The notes: generated by a model not told the origin, from the letters alone. 64,000 nucleotides of DNA from Verrucomicrobiota bacterium (GCA_047947115.1 CP170459.1:5600001-5664000); one strand, 5' to 3'. Shown: positions 1-9,366, counted from the stretch's first letter. Numbers and translations are program-made.

Positions 1-246
1 AAAGGTCAAACGGAAATGGATTGCTTCGGAAGGTTGTTCTTCGGCAATTTCCACACTACCACTTCCAATGATCTTTCCGTCCCACGCATAACTTTTACCG
101 TTATCCGCATAGGTCATTTGGCAATCAGGTTCACAAATCACCCAGGGAGACCACCGATTCCATTGATGAAAATCGCGAATGGTTTCATAGGCTTTATCAG
201 GAGAGACAGCTACGACGATCGATTTGTTTACAGCAATCTTTGGCAT
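1..246 (-). CDS. SRPBCC/polyketide cyclase-like protein (runs off the window start)
   Basis: Not in the ORF track. Manual translation from the ATG at 246 gives MPKIAVNKSIVVAVSPDKAYETIRDFHQWNRWSPWVICEPDC...YAWDGKIIGSG, a typical SRPBCC N-terminus. AAGGAAG lies upstream. Confidence 0.8.
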   Translation of the reverse strand, partial: MPKIAVNKSIVVAVSPDKAYETIRDFHQWNRWSPWVICEPDCQMTYADNGKSYAWDGKIIGSGSVEIAEEQPSEAIHFRLTF

Positions 247-362
247 AAGAACTTCCTTTTTCTTTACAGTTCATGATTTTTGATTGGGTCTCCTTTTGAC
301 GGGAGATCTTACCAATGAATGTGGCTTTGAACAGACCTATTGTTGGAATAAGGAAATACGAG

Positions 363-1698
363 AAGCTTCTGGCCTTGGTAGGGATGAGCTGCCGCTCGTC
401 CGTCGCTCAGCGTGGTGGTGTGCTTGAACCTTTATCACCCCCTCGCGTTATAGCTTGCGCCCGCGGCCCTGCGGCAGCAGGGCCCTACCGGAAGCATAGC
501 TTCTGGCGTTGGTAGGGATGAGCTGCCGCTCGTCCGTCGCTCAGCGTGGGGGCTTACTCGAACCTTTATCATCCCCTCGGCGTTACAGCATGCGCCCGCG
601 GCCCTGCGGCAGCAGGGCCCTACCGGAAGCAAAGCTTCTGGCCTTGGTAGGGATGAGCTGCAGCTCGTCCGTCGCTCGGCGTGGTGGTGTGGTTGAACCT
701 TTATCACCCCCTCGCGTTACAGCACGCGCCTGCGGCCCTGCGGCAGCAGGGCCCTACCGGAAGCAAAGCTTCTGGCCTTGGTAGGGATGAGCTGCAGCTC
801 GTCCGTCGCTCGGCGTGGTGGTGTGGTTGAACCTTTATCACCCCCTCGCGTTACAGCACGCGCCTGCGGCCCTGCGGCAGCAGGGCCCTACCGGAAGCAA
901 AGCTTCTGGCCTTGGTAGGGATGAGCTGCAGCTCGTCCGTCGCTCGGCGTGGTGGTGTGGTTGAACCTTTATCACCCCCTCGCGTTACAGCACGCGCCTG
1001 CGGCCCTGCGGCAGCAGGGCCCTACCGGAAGCAAAGCTTCTGGCGTTGGTAGGGATGAGCTGCCGCTCGTCCGTCGCTCGGCGTGGTGGGGTGCTCGAAC
1101 ATTTATCATCCCCTCGCGTTATAGCTTGCGCCTGCGGCCCTGCGGCAGCAGGGCCCTACCGGAAGCAAAGCTTCTGGCGTTGGTAGGGATGAGCTGCCGC
1201 TCGTCCGTCGCTCGGCGTGGTGGTGTGCTCGAACATTTATCATCCCCTCGCGTTATAGCTTGCGCCTGCGGCCCTGCGGCAGCAGGGCCCTACCGGAAGC
1301 AAAGCTTCTGGCCTTGGTAGGGATGAGCTGCCGCTCGTCCGTCGCTCGGCGTGGTGGTGTGCTCGAACATTTATCATCCCCTCGCGTTATAGCTTGCGCC
1401 TGCGGCCCTGCGGCAGCAGGGCCCTACCGGAAGCAAAGCTTCTGGCGTTGGTAGGGATGAGCTGCCGCTCGTCCGTCGCTCGGCGTTGTGGTGTGCTCGA
1501 ACATTTATCATCCCCTCGCGTTATAGCTTGCGCCTGCGGCCCTGCGGCAGCAGGGCCCTACCGGAAGCAAAGCTTCTGGCCTTGGTAGGGATGAGCTGCC
1601 GCTCGTCCGTCGCTCGGCGCGGTGGTGTGCTCGAACATTTATCATCCCCTCGCGTTATAGCTCGCGCCCGCGGCCCTGCGGCAGCAGGGCCCTACCGG
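363..1698. repeat. Tandem array of 10 x ~134 bp units of paired REP-like hairpins (BIME/REPIN-like)
   Basis: GGTAGGGATGAGCTG recurs at 377, 511, 646, 780, 914, 1048, 1182, 1316, 1450 and 1584. Each unit ends GGCCCTGCGGCAGCAGGGCCCTACC. Confidence 0.95.
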
Positions 1699-1700
1699 TA

Positions 1701-2894
1701 TCAATGTCCTACGTATCGGACTCGATAAATCTTGTTCATGGTGTCGTCGGTAAACAAAATCGATCCGTCAGGGGCTTGTTCACAATCTGTGGGACGACCA
1801 AGAATTTCTGTTCCGTCCTTCAGGAAGCTGACGATTTTTTGTTCACCGAATGGATGACCAAATTCGAACAGAATGCGAGACAGGCTATAGCCTACTTTCT
1901 GGGTGGCGTTCCATCCTCCTTTGAACGCTACAAATGCATCACCATGTGCTCCGGGAATACCGTCTCCTTCGTAAAACATCATGCCGTTCCCGGAGCAATG
2001 GGCAGGCATGACCCATTCCGGTATAACAGTTTTGGACGCCATTTCAATCAGGTCCGGATGATCCAGAAAATTGAGATTCGGCATGTTTTTACCCAAAATG
2101 TAAGGGTGTCCGTAAAAGCCGCCTTTGACGTAATGATTCAATTCAGCAGGCGGGTTGTGGTCGGTGATGGGCTGTCCGAACTTTGGGTTCTTCAACTCCA
2201 GGTTCATCGCCATGCGGTCGATATCATGATCCACGCCCCAGACTTCATCCGTACCAGGACGGATGCAAAGCTCTTCGGTATTACGAATGCCGGTGGCGAA
2301 GAGTTCCTTGCCACTTCCGTCCAGATTGAAGGTCCAGATCTTTTTGCGATCATTCTCCATGATCGGCTCATCCGTGGCATTGTCTTGATCGCCAACATGG
2401 GTGTAGATCACATCTTTGTGGATCAACAAAGCGCGCCATTTATGGCCACCACCAGTGATGGGCAACTGATCTTCTCCAATGACTTCAATAACTTCGTCCG
2501 CTTTGCCGTCATGGTCTTTGTCCCGAGATTTATAGATTCCCGTCATGTCGGCAAACCAAAGCCAGCCTTCGTAAAACTGCATACCTTGAAGGATTTTCCC
2601 TTTTTCATAACCTTCGACATACGTCGTCAGGCTCTCATAAACGCCGTCACCGTCTTTGTCCCGGCAGCTCTGAATCATGCCGTTGTTGGGCACACTGACG
2701 TAAAGGGTTCCCCTATCATCAAACTCCAGAAAGCGTGGCTTTTTGATGGTACTTTCCGCAACCGTCAATTCATAGCCATCACGCACCCAAACTCCATCGG
2801 GAATTTCCTGTGCGCCGATAGAAGATGCGGCATAGATGGACATTACCATCAGGGAGCTGGCGAAAACGTTGCTTCGATTTGAAGGAAGATTCAT
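1701..2894 (-). CDS. Secreted glucose/sorbosone dehydrogenase-like beta-propeller protein
   Basis: Signal peptide; motifs PRFLEF, GGGHKWR, FATGIRN, GGFYGHPY, AFKGGWN, GRPTD..QAPDGSILFTDD. Start chosen at MNLPS (alternative 2903). Confidence 0.85.
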   Translation of the reverse strand: MNLPSNRSNVFASSLMVMSIYAASSIGAQEIPDGVWVRDGYELTVAESTIKKPRFLEFDDRGTLYVSVPNNGMIQSCRDKDGDGVYESLTTYVEGYEKGKILQGMQFYEGWLWFADMTGIYKSRDKDHDGKADEVIEVIGEDQLPITGGGHKWRALLIHKDVIYTHVGDQDNATDEPIMENDRKKIWTFNLDGSGKELFATGIRNTEELCIRPGTDEVWGVDHDIDRMAMNLELKNPKFGQPITDHNPPAELNHYVKGGFYGHPYILGKNMPNLNFLDHPDLIEMASKTVIPEWVMPAHCSGNGMMFYEGDGIPGAHGDAFVAFKGGWNATQKVGYSLSRILFEFGHPFGEQKIVSFLKDGTEILGRPTDCEQAPDGSILFTDDTMNKIYRVRYVGH

Positions 2895-3020
2895 ACGGGC
2901 CATTGTAATAGCCTGAAAAATGAAATCAAGATCCAGAAACAGTCGAACGGACAATGATGTTGCGCATTGAGGCTGGCATGCCAAAATCAGGACAGATCGT
3001 TCAGGATAAGGAATCATCAG

Positions 3021-3230
3021 ATGAAATATACTGCCATCACCAGGAATATAGGATGGGCCTTTGCCAGCATATTCATGGTGGTTTCTCTGATTTTCCTGCC
3101 TCTGATATTGAGTGGCATTGAACACTTTTTACTTGGCTCCCACAAAGTGGAAGATGGCCTGAGAAGACTGGGCATCCACGATGATCTCGGCAAAATATAC
3201 GAGCCCATTCTGAAAGTATTCGGACTCTAG
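3021..3230 (+). CDS. Small membrane protein, hypothetical (69 aa)
   Basis: ATG preceded by AAGGA; one hydrophobic helix followed by a charged tail. Confidence 0.6.
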   Translation: MKYTAITRNIGWAFASIFMVVSLIFLPLILSGIEHFLLGSHKVEDGLRRLGIHDDLGKIYEPILKVFGL

Positions 3231-3597
3231 CGCCCTCTGACTTCCACTTCAAACCCCACGGGGTTGGCAATCAATTTCAGACTACAAGGAAATGAAGGCC
3301 CTCCGATCGCGTTATAATCCTACTAAAGAAAAACTTCGCGGCTCAGTGGCTTTGTGTGAGACTAAGCCCCCCCCCATAAGCAGCATCATTAAAAAATCTA
3401 CTTTCACGCATTAGACAACTTGCCGATTCTTTCTTTACTGATCACCACTTCATTCATAAAAAGGTGCATATCGGAGGGAGACCTTAAGGCGTGACAGGAA
3501 TGGTCTAAATATCATGTGAAATGTGTATTTTGTGAAATCCGTAAAGCCAATAGCACTTGCCCCATCCAAAAACTGGATGAATCTTCGAGGACGCCCT

Positions 3598-4026
3598 ATG
3601 ATCACTGACCAGATCATGCAAGATATAACATGCAATCTACTATTTGTTTATGGAACCCTGATGCGGGGAATGGGCAATCCCTTTTCCGAGCAATTGTCAG
3701 CAGCCTCTGATTTCCTTTGCCCGGCAACCGTACAAGGACGCTTATACGATGTCCGGGGAGAATACCCATGTGCCGTCGCCAGTTTGGATCCCAACGAGTT
3801 GATTTATGGCGAATTATATCGACTCAATGATCCAGCAACATTGTTCCAGGCATTGGACCCATATGAGGACTGCTACCCGGAGGATGGGTCCCGTTCCCTT
3901 TTTATTCGAATGATCACTCCCGTCACAACCAGGAGCAACGATAAAGTAAACGCCTGGATCTACTTCTGGAACAGTTCATTGAATGGGTTAACCCGTATCG
4001 CAAATGGAGATTACCGATGTCACTAA
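3598..4026 (+). CDS. Gamma-glutamylcyclotransferase (AIG2-like) family protein
   Basis: LFVYGTLMRG, YP, GELY, LDPYE and AWIY motifs. Confidence 0.9.
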   Translation: MITDQIMQDITCNLLFVYGTLMRGMGNPFSEQLSAASDFLCPATVQGRLYDVRGEYPCAVASLDPNELIYGELYRLNDPATLFQALDPYEDCYPEDGSRSLFIRMITPVTTRSNDKVNAWIYFWNSSLNGLTRIANGDYRCH

Positions 4027-4170
4027 CCCCATTGGAACATCGCAACCAAACAGCAAGGCAAGCGCAATAAAGGTGGAAGCGGATACAAGTCAAATTGCCG
4101 AGCCCCTCCTTGAATGTTGCCTCCTGATGATTCAATCTTTCACCCCATGTGGGCGGTTTCCGATAAACCG

Positions 4171-4199
4171 TTGATTTGCCTCGCATTCCAATCTATAAA
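4171..4199 (+). promoter_or_regulatory. Candidate sigma-70 promoter for the pfkB-like operon
   Basis: TTGATT-N17-TATAAA about 30 bp upstream of the ATG at 4231. Confidence 0.4.
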
Positions 4200-4230
4200 A
4201 CCGGATCAAAGTTAATTGTTAGCAGAATTT

Positions 4231-5130
4231 ATGAGTATTTTAATTGTCGGCACCACAGCACTGGATTCCATCAAGACACCTCACAGCGAAAATCCCCGTC
4301 TTTTGGGAGGCTCTGCCAGTCACGCAGCCGTGGCGGCCAGCTTCTTTGCTCCCGTCAACCTGTTGGGAGTGGTCGGGGACGATTTCCCCGATGAATACAT
4401 CGATCTTTACAAGAAACACGGCATCGATCTGACCGGACTCGAAAAAGCCTCGGGCAACACCTTCCACTGGGAAGGTGAGTACGAAGTCAACATGAACAAT
4501 CGTCAGACACTGGAAACCGACCTGGGTGTCATCGAAGAATGGATGCCCACTCTGGGGGACGATCTGACGGACAAAGATTACGTATTATTGGCAAACTGCG
4601 CTCCCCAGCTTCAACACCACGTCCTGAAGCAAATGAAACAGCCCAAGTTCGTGGTCGCCGACACCATGGATCTTTGGCTGAACATCGCGCGCCACGAACT
4701 GGAAGCCCTGCTGAAAGAGGTCGACTGCCTCGTATTGAACGACAGTGAAGCACGTCAATTCATGGAAGAAGACAACGTGGTCGTAGCAGCCCAGCGTCTG
4801 CACAAGTTCGGCCCCAAATACGTGATTGTCAAAAAAGGAGAGCACGGCTCCATCCTGTCCGGCCCGAGCGGACTGTTCATCGCTCCGGCCTTTCCTTTGA
4901 ACAAGGTGATTGATCCGACCGGTGCCGGAGATTCGTTTGTGGGAGGATTGGTCGGTTATCTGGCCAGCCACGAAGGAGACATTGAAAAAAACCTGCGTCA
5001 GGCCATTATCCACGGCAGCGTCACCGCATCCTTCTGTTGTGAAGGATTCGGACTGGCCGCCACCACCGAAGCCACCCGCGAACAGATCGATCAACGCATT
5101 GAACAACTAAAAGAGATGATCGCGTTTTAA
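4231..5130 (+). CDS. PfkB family carbohydrate/nucleoside kinase
   Basis: GGSASHAA, LNDSEA, KKGEHG and DPTGAGDSFVGG signatures. Confidence 0.92.
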   Translation: MSILIVGTTALDSIKTPHSENPRLLGGSASHAAVAASFFAPVNLLGVVGDDFPDEYIDLYKKHGIDLTGLEKASGNTFHWEGEYEVNMNNRQTLETDLGVIEEWMPTLGDDLTDKDYVLLANCAPQLQHHVLKQMKQPKFVVADTMDLWLNIARHELEALLKEVDCLVLNDSEARQFMEEDNVVVAAQRLHKFGPKYVIVKKGEHGSILSGPSGLFIAPAFPLNKVIDPTGAGDSFVGGLVGYLASHEGDIEKNLRQAIIHGSVTASFCCEGFGLAATTEATREQIDQRIEQLKEMIAF

Positions 5131-5152
5131 CATCGATGAATCGACATCCAAT

Positions 5153-5326
5153 ATGAAACCAAAAGGCAACGGACTCGTTGAACTTCTGAAAGAGTTTGGT
5201 CAGTTCCTGAAGCAGGAAAAGAAGTGGTGGCTGTGGCCACTGGTGATCATCCTCCTGTTGTTGGGCGCCTTGATCGTTTTTGCTTCCAGCAGTGCGCTGG
5301 CTCCGTTCATGTATCCGTTTATGTGA
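5153..5326 (+). CDS. DUF5989 / SxtK-like small membrane protein (57 aa)
   Basis: Missed by the ORF track (<60 aa). MKPKGNGLVELLKEFGQFLKQEKKWWLWPLVIILLLLGALIVFASSSALAPFMYPFM matches the KKWWLxP...APFxY pattern and sits next to a carbamoyltransferase. Confidence 0.88.
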   Translation: MKPKGNGLVELLKEFGQFLKQEKKWWLWPLVIILLLLGALIVFASSSALAPFMYPFM

Positions 5327-5354
5327 TGTCGCGCTCCATGACCAATTTGGCCTC

Positions 5355-7184
5355 ATGAAATACATCCTTGGCATTTCGGCGTTCTATCACGATGCGGCAG
5401 CCGCTTTGCTGAAGGATGGGGTCATCATCGCCGCAGCCCAGGAAGAAAGGTTTACTCGCCGCAAAAACGATGAATCGTTTCCTGAAAACGCCATTAAGTA
5501 TTGTCTGCAGGAAGCTGCGATCAAAACAGAAGACATCGATGCCGTCGCCTTTTACGACAAACCCATCACCAAGTTTGCTCGCATGCTGGAAACCTACCTG
5601 GCAGTGGCGCCCGGAGGTTGGAGCACCTTCCCGCGCGTTTTGCCAAACTGGTTGTCAGAAAAACTGAATCTGAAATCCACACTTCGGGACGCGTTGCCGG
5701 ATTTCCCGGAAGATCGCCCCATCCTGTTCACCCAACACCATGAATCCCATGCCGCCTCGGCATTTTACCCATCACCCTTTGACGAAGCTGCCATCCTGAC
5801 AGTCGACGGTGTCGGGGAATGGGCCACCACCACCATGGCCCACGGCAAGGGACACGAGATCGAGGTGTTGAAGGAGATCCGTTTCCCTCATTCGCTGGGG
5901 CTGCTCTATTCGGCATTTACCGCTTACTGCGGATTTCGGGTGAATTCCGGTGAATACAAACTCATGGGCCTGGCCCCCTACGGGGAACCCAGGTTCGTCC
6001 AGCAAATTTACAACGAACTGATCGATGTCAAACCGGACGGTTCGTTCTGGTTGAACATGGAGTATTTTGATTTCCTGCGATCCAACCGAATGAGCAACGA
6101 TCGATTTCATCATCTGTTCGGAGGCCCACCCCGCCAAGCTGAGACGGAAATGCAACCTCGGTTCATGGATGTCGCCCGTTCCATCCAGCAGGTAACCGAA
6201 GACATCATGCTCAAATTGGCTCATCACACTCGGGAAGTGACCGGTCAGCGCAATCTCTGCCTGGCGGGCGGCGTGGCGCTGAACTGTGTGGCCAATGGAA
6301 AAATCCTTCAAAAGGAATGGTTCGACCGTCTATGGATTCAACCCGCGGCGGGTGATGCAGGAGGGGCTTTGGGTGCGGCATTATCCGTATGGGCAGCACA
6401 CCAGAACGAGAATCAAGTTCCAGCCGCCCCTAAAAATGGCGAGGACCTCATGATGGGATCCGTGTTGGGCCCTGCGTTTGATACGCCAACCATCCGTCGA
6501 TGCCTCGATTCGCATCAAGCGGTTTATCACACATTTGAAGGTAGAACACAGCTCAACCAACAAACGGCCGAATGGCTGGCCAATGAAAAAGTGGTCGGAT
6601 GGATGCAGGGACGTATGGAATTCGGGCCACGCGCTCTGGGCAATCGATCCATACTAGGAGACGCACGCTCACCCAAAATGCAGAGCCTGATCAATCGAAA
6701 AATCAAGTTCCGCGAATCCTTCCGCCCCTTTGCCCCCATTGTTCTGAAGGAAAAAGCAGGAGAATTTTTCGACCTGAAAGGACATGACTCTCCTTATATG
6801 CTGCTCGTTGCCGACCTCTTGGAAAACCGGCGCAAAAAGGTTTCGCAGAATCTGATGGGATTGGAACGATTACATGCCGAACGTTCCGATCTTCCCGCGA
6901 TCACTCATGTGGACCATTCTGCCCGAATCCAAACCGTCGAGGAAACCCGCAATCCCGAATTATACCGCTTGCTCAAAGCATTTGAGTCTCTGACAAGCTG
7001 TCCCGTGTTGATCAACACCTCATTCAACGTACGTGGCGAACCCATCGTGTGCTCCCCGAACGACGCTTTTCGCTGTTTCATGAACACGGAAATGGATTAT
7101 CTGGTGATCGGAAATTTCTGGATGTCCAAAGCCGAACAAAAACAGAATCGCCCCAAACAACAATTCATCCCTGTTCCCGATTGA
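5355..7184 (+). CDS. O-carbamoyltransferase (NodU/CmcH/SxtI family)
   Basis: ILGISAFYHDAAA, EERFTRRK, HHESHAASAF, GEYKLMGLAPYG, GPRALGNRSI, RESFRPFAP and NTSFNVRGEP motifs. Confidence 0.95.
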   Translation: MKYILGISAFYHDAAAALLKDGVIIAAAQEERFTRRKNDESFPENAIKYCLQEAAIKTEDIDAVAFYDKPITKFARMLETYLAVAPGGWSTFPRVLPNWLSEKLNLKSTLRDALPDFPEDRPILFTQHHESHAASAFYPSPFDEAAILTVDGVGEWATTTMAHGKGHEIEVLKEIRFPHSLGLLYSAFTAYCGFRVNSGEYKLMGLAPYGEPRFVQQIYNELIDVKPDGSFWLNMEYFDFLRSNRMSNDRFHHLFGGPPRQAETEMQPRFMDVARSIQQVTEDIMLKLAHHTREVTGQRNLCLAGGVALNCVANGKILQKEWFDRLWIQPAAGDAGGALGAALSVWAAHQNENQVPAAPKNGEDLMMGSVLGPAFDTPTIRRCLDSHQAVYHTFEGRTQLNQQTAEWLANEKVVGWMQGRMEFGPRALGNRSILGDARSPKMQSLINRKIKFRESFRPFAPIVLKEKAGEFFDLKGHDSPYMLLVADLLENRRKKVSQNLMGLERLHAERSDLPAITHVDHSARIQTVEETRNPELYRLLKAFESLTSCPVLINTSFNVRGEPIVCSPNDAFRCFMNTEMDYLVIGNFWMSKAEQKQNRPKQQFIPVPD

Positions 7185-7188
7185 TTTC

Positions 7189-7587
7189 ATGAAACTACAA
7201 CTCAAGGAAAACCCCATCGAATGGCTCAAATTCACCGTGGTGATCGGATCCATGATCGGATTGGTCTGGACCTTGGGCGCCTACAAAGGGTGGCATGTGC
7301 AATCGTGGTGGTGGGGTTGGATTCCGGGTTTGGCCGGCACGGCATGCTGCGCAGCTTTCCCCAAATATTTCAGGGGATTTTACCGAACCGGCACAACCTT
7401 CTTTTTCCATGTCGGCCAAGTCATGGGCAAAGTAATGTTGACTGCGTTTTTCGTATTGATTGTCACCCCCTTGGGGCTCGCCTTGCGGGCAACCGGCAAG
7501 GACTTGCTCAAACTCAAAAAAAATCCCAATACGGACACATACTGGCGCTCCCCCGGAAAAACGGGTGGTCACGACAAGATGTTTTGA
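7189..7587 (+). CDS. SxtJ family membrane protein
   Basis: TM helices; FFVLIVTPLGL..R..GKDLLKLK...DTYW; starts 4 bp after the carbamoyltransferase. Confidence 0.85.
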   Translation: MKLQLKENPIEWLKFTVVIGSMIGLVWTLGAYKGWHVQSWWWGWIPGLAGTACCAAFPKYFRGFYRTGTTFFFHVGQVMGKVMLTAFFVLIVTPLGLALRATGKDLLKLKKNPNTDTYWRSPGKTGGHDKMF

Positions 7588-7612
7588 CCTTCAGACAACC
7601 CTGATCACCCCA

Positions 7613-8761
7613 TCAAAACACCTTGGACAACTTTACCACTTTGACGTTTTGTTTCCAAGGATTCGGATCCTTGCGATCCTGATCAGGTATGGCCAACAAA
7701 CAAGAACCATCATCCAGCACCATCAAACGATGATCTGCCGGTGCTGCAAAGGATCCTGCTGACTGCACCACAAAAGGTTCCCCTCGGGAGGGAACCGCAA
7801 GAATATCCCCGGAAAACCTTGAAGTAATAATGGTTCCCGAGGGGGTAAAGGCAATGCCATCTGCCGTGCCAACATCCGATTTCAAAGGCAAAGGCAAAGT
7901 TGTGCGGGGAAAGGTTTCCTCAGGAATGACATAGATGGCGGTCCCTTCCGGCGACTGCCCTCCCATGGTCACGATACATATGGCTTGTTTATCCGCCCAG
8001 TATCCAACACCGTTCGGGACGCCTGGAACAGGCGTGAAGCTCACCTGACCAAACACCTCGTCCGCCTTGGTTTTATCCTGGCGGGTCAAGGCATCAATTG
8101 CACCGTGTTCAATGCGAATCAGCCCGGGATGTCCGCCCGTTTTAGGTTTCAACCGGTCGCCACCCTTGGCGGTATCTGTGACATAAAGATTTCCGGCTGC
8201 ATCGAAAGCAATACTGTTTGGCAGCAACGTGATGTGTCCCAGAATCTGCGCCACTTTGGATCCCTCACCCAAAGCCAGTTCACCAAGTTGCCGCCCGTTT
8301 TTCGGATCGAAAAACCGAACACCTGTTCTCTGACTTCCTAGACCGGTGATGGGCCTGCCATTCGCATGGACCTGCAAAGCAATCCCATGATTCACCATCA
8401 AGGTTCCTTTTGGAAAAAGATCGGTAGCCTTCGGGAGAACGGCAATTCCGACATTCCCACTCAAACCCTCAATGAAACGTAAATCATCCACAGAAACATG
8501 CCCCGATGCATCGACAGATAATTTGCTGATCGCCCCATTTCCTCTGACAAAACCGACAAAATCCAGGTCCGGACCGAACACATCCGAACCGCAGTTGGAA
8601 ACGAACAGGTTTTTCCCGTCCAAACTGAATGCAACGCTTTCAGGCCGGTGAAATAAGGATAATATCTGGATATCCCCGGACTGAGCGACGCAAGAAAATG
8701 CCTGCATGCAACCAGTCGCTATGAGGGATGCCAGTATTCGTCGGAGCTTGAAAATTTTCAT
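7613..8761 (-). CDS. Secreted SMP-30/gluconolactonase-like beta-propeller protein
   Basis: Signal peptide; PESV, PNSIAFDAAGNLYVTD, PNGV, ADGI and PAD blade motifs. Confidence 0.7.
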   Translation of the reverse strand: MKIFKLRRILASLIATGCMQAFSCVAQSGDIQILSLFHRPESVAFSLDGKNLFVSNCGSDVFGPDLDFVGFVRGNGAISKLSVDASGHVSVDDLRFIEGLSGNVGIAVLPKATDLFPKGTLMVNHGIALQVHANGRPITGLGSQRTGVRFFDPKNGRQLGELALGEGSKVAQILGHITLLPNSIAFDAAGNLYVTDTAKGGDRLKPKTGGHPGLIRIEHGAIDALTRQDKTKADEVFGQVSFTPVPGVPNGVGYWADKQAICIVTMGGQSPEGTAIYVIPEETFPRTTLPLPLKSDVGTADGIAFTPSGTIITSRFSGDILAVPSRGEPFVVQSAGSFAAPADHRLMVLDDGSCLLAIPDQDRKDPNPWKQNVKVVKLSKVF

Positions 8762-8976
8762 GATGAGTGAACAAAAGCAAATGTTTAAGCATTGGTAAAA
8801 CGAAAAAGAAGCGATCTTGATTGTATCCTTCCAATCCGGTTTATAGAAAAAAAGCCGACCACAGCCAGCCGCATGCGACAAGCAACTCTTGAAAATCTGC
8901 TTTATTCCCCGGACAATGCCCTGTGTGATTATTTCTGGATTAATAAACCGTTGATTTTTTCATGCAAGAAGCAACC

Positions 8977-9360
8977 ATGACGCAATCCGATTACAAAGAA
9001 ACCCTATACGCACGCATAGGAGGTTACGAAGGCCTTCGGAAACTGCTGACACATTTTTACGCAGATGTGCGGCAGCACGCGGTGATCGGCCCTATTTTCC
9101 AGGCTCGCATTCAGGACTGGCCGGCTCATATCGAGAAGATTGCCGGATTTTGGTCCGGATTAACAGGTGGCCCTGCCTTATATGGCGGTGGACTAATGGC
9201 AAAACACATGCCTCTGGGACTCGCGGAAGAACATTTCGGTCACTGGTTGACTTTGTGGGCGTTCCACTGCGACAGGCAACTGAAATCAAAGGATGCCGAT
9301 ATGCTCAAGGCCCTGGCACACCAAATCGGAGGGCGATTAAAACACCACATTGTGAATTGA
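8977..9360 (+). CDS. Group III truncated hemoglobin
   Basis: FYADVR..IGPIF, DWPAHIEKIAGFW, KHMPL (proximal His), HFGHWLTLW. Confidence 0.9.
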   Translation: MTQSDYKETLYARIGGYEGLRKLLTHFYADVRQHAVIGPIFQARIQDWPAHIEKIAGFWSGLTGGPALYGGGLMAKHMPLGLAEEHFGHWLTLWAFHCDRQLKSKDADMLKALAHQIGGRLKHHIVN

Positions 9361-9366
9361 ACTACT

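Noticed and set aside
363..1698. CRISPR array
   Set aside because: Units are near-identical along their whole length, with no unique spacers, and there are no cas genes in the window.
315..1728. Repetitive ORFs listed in the track within the array
   Set aside because: The 134 bp period is not a multiple of 3, so frames shift each unit. The ORFs are by-products of the DNA repeat.
1704..2882. Long antisense ORFs (e.g. 1704-2882, 18564-19295, 47851-48702, 51814-52599, 53209-54075)
   Set aside because: They shadow well-supported genes on the opposite strand and show no protein motifs.
5153..7587. Saxitoxin biosynthesis cluster
   Set aside because: Only sxtI/J/K-like genes are present. No sxtA, sxtG or other core genes are in the window.
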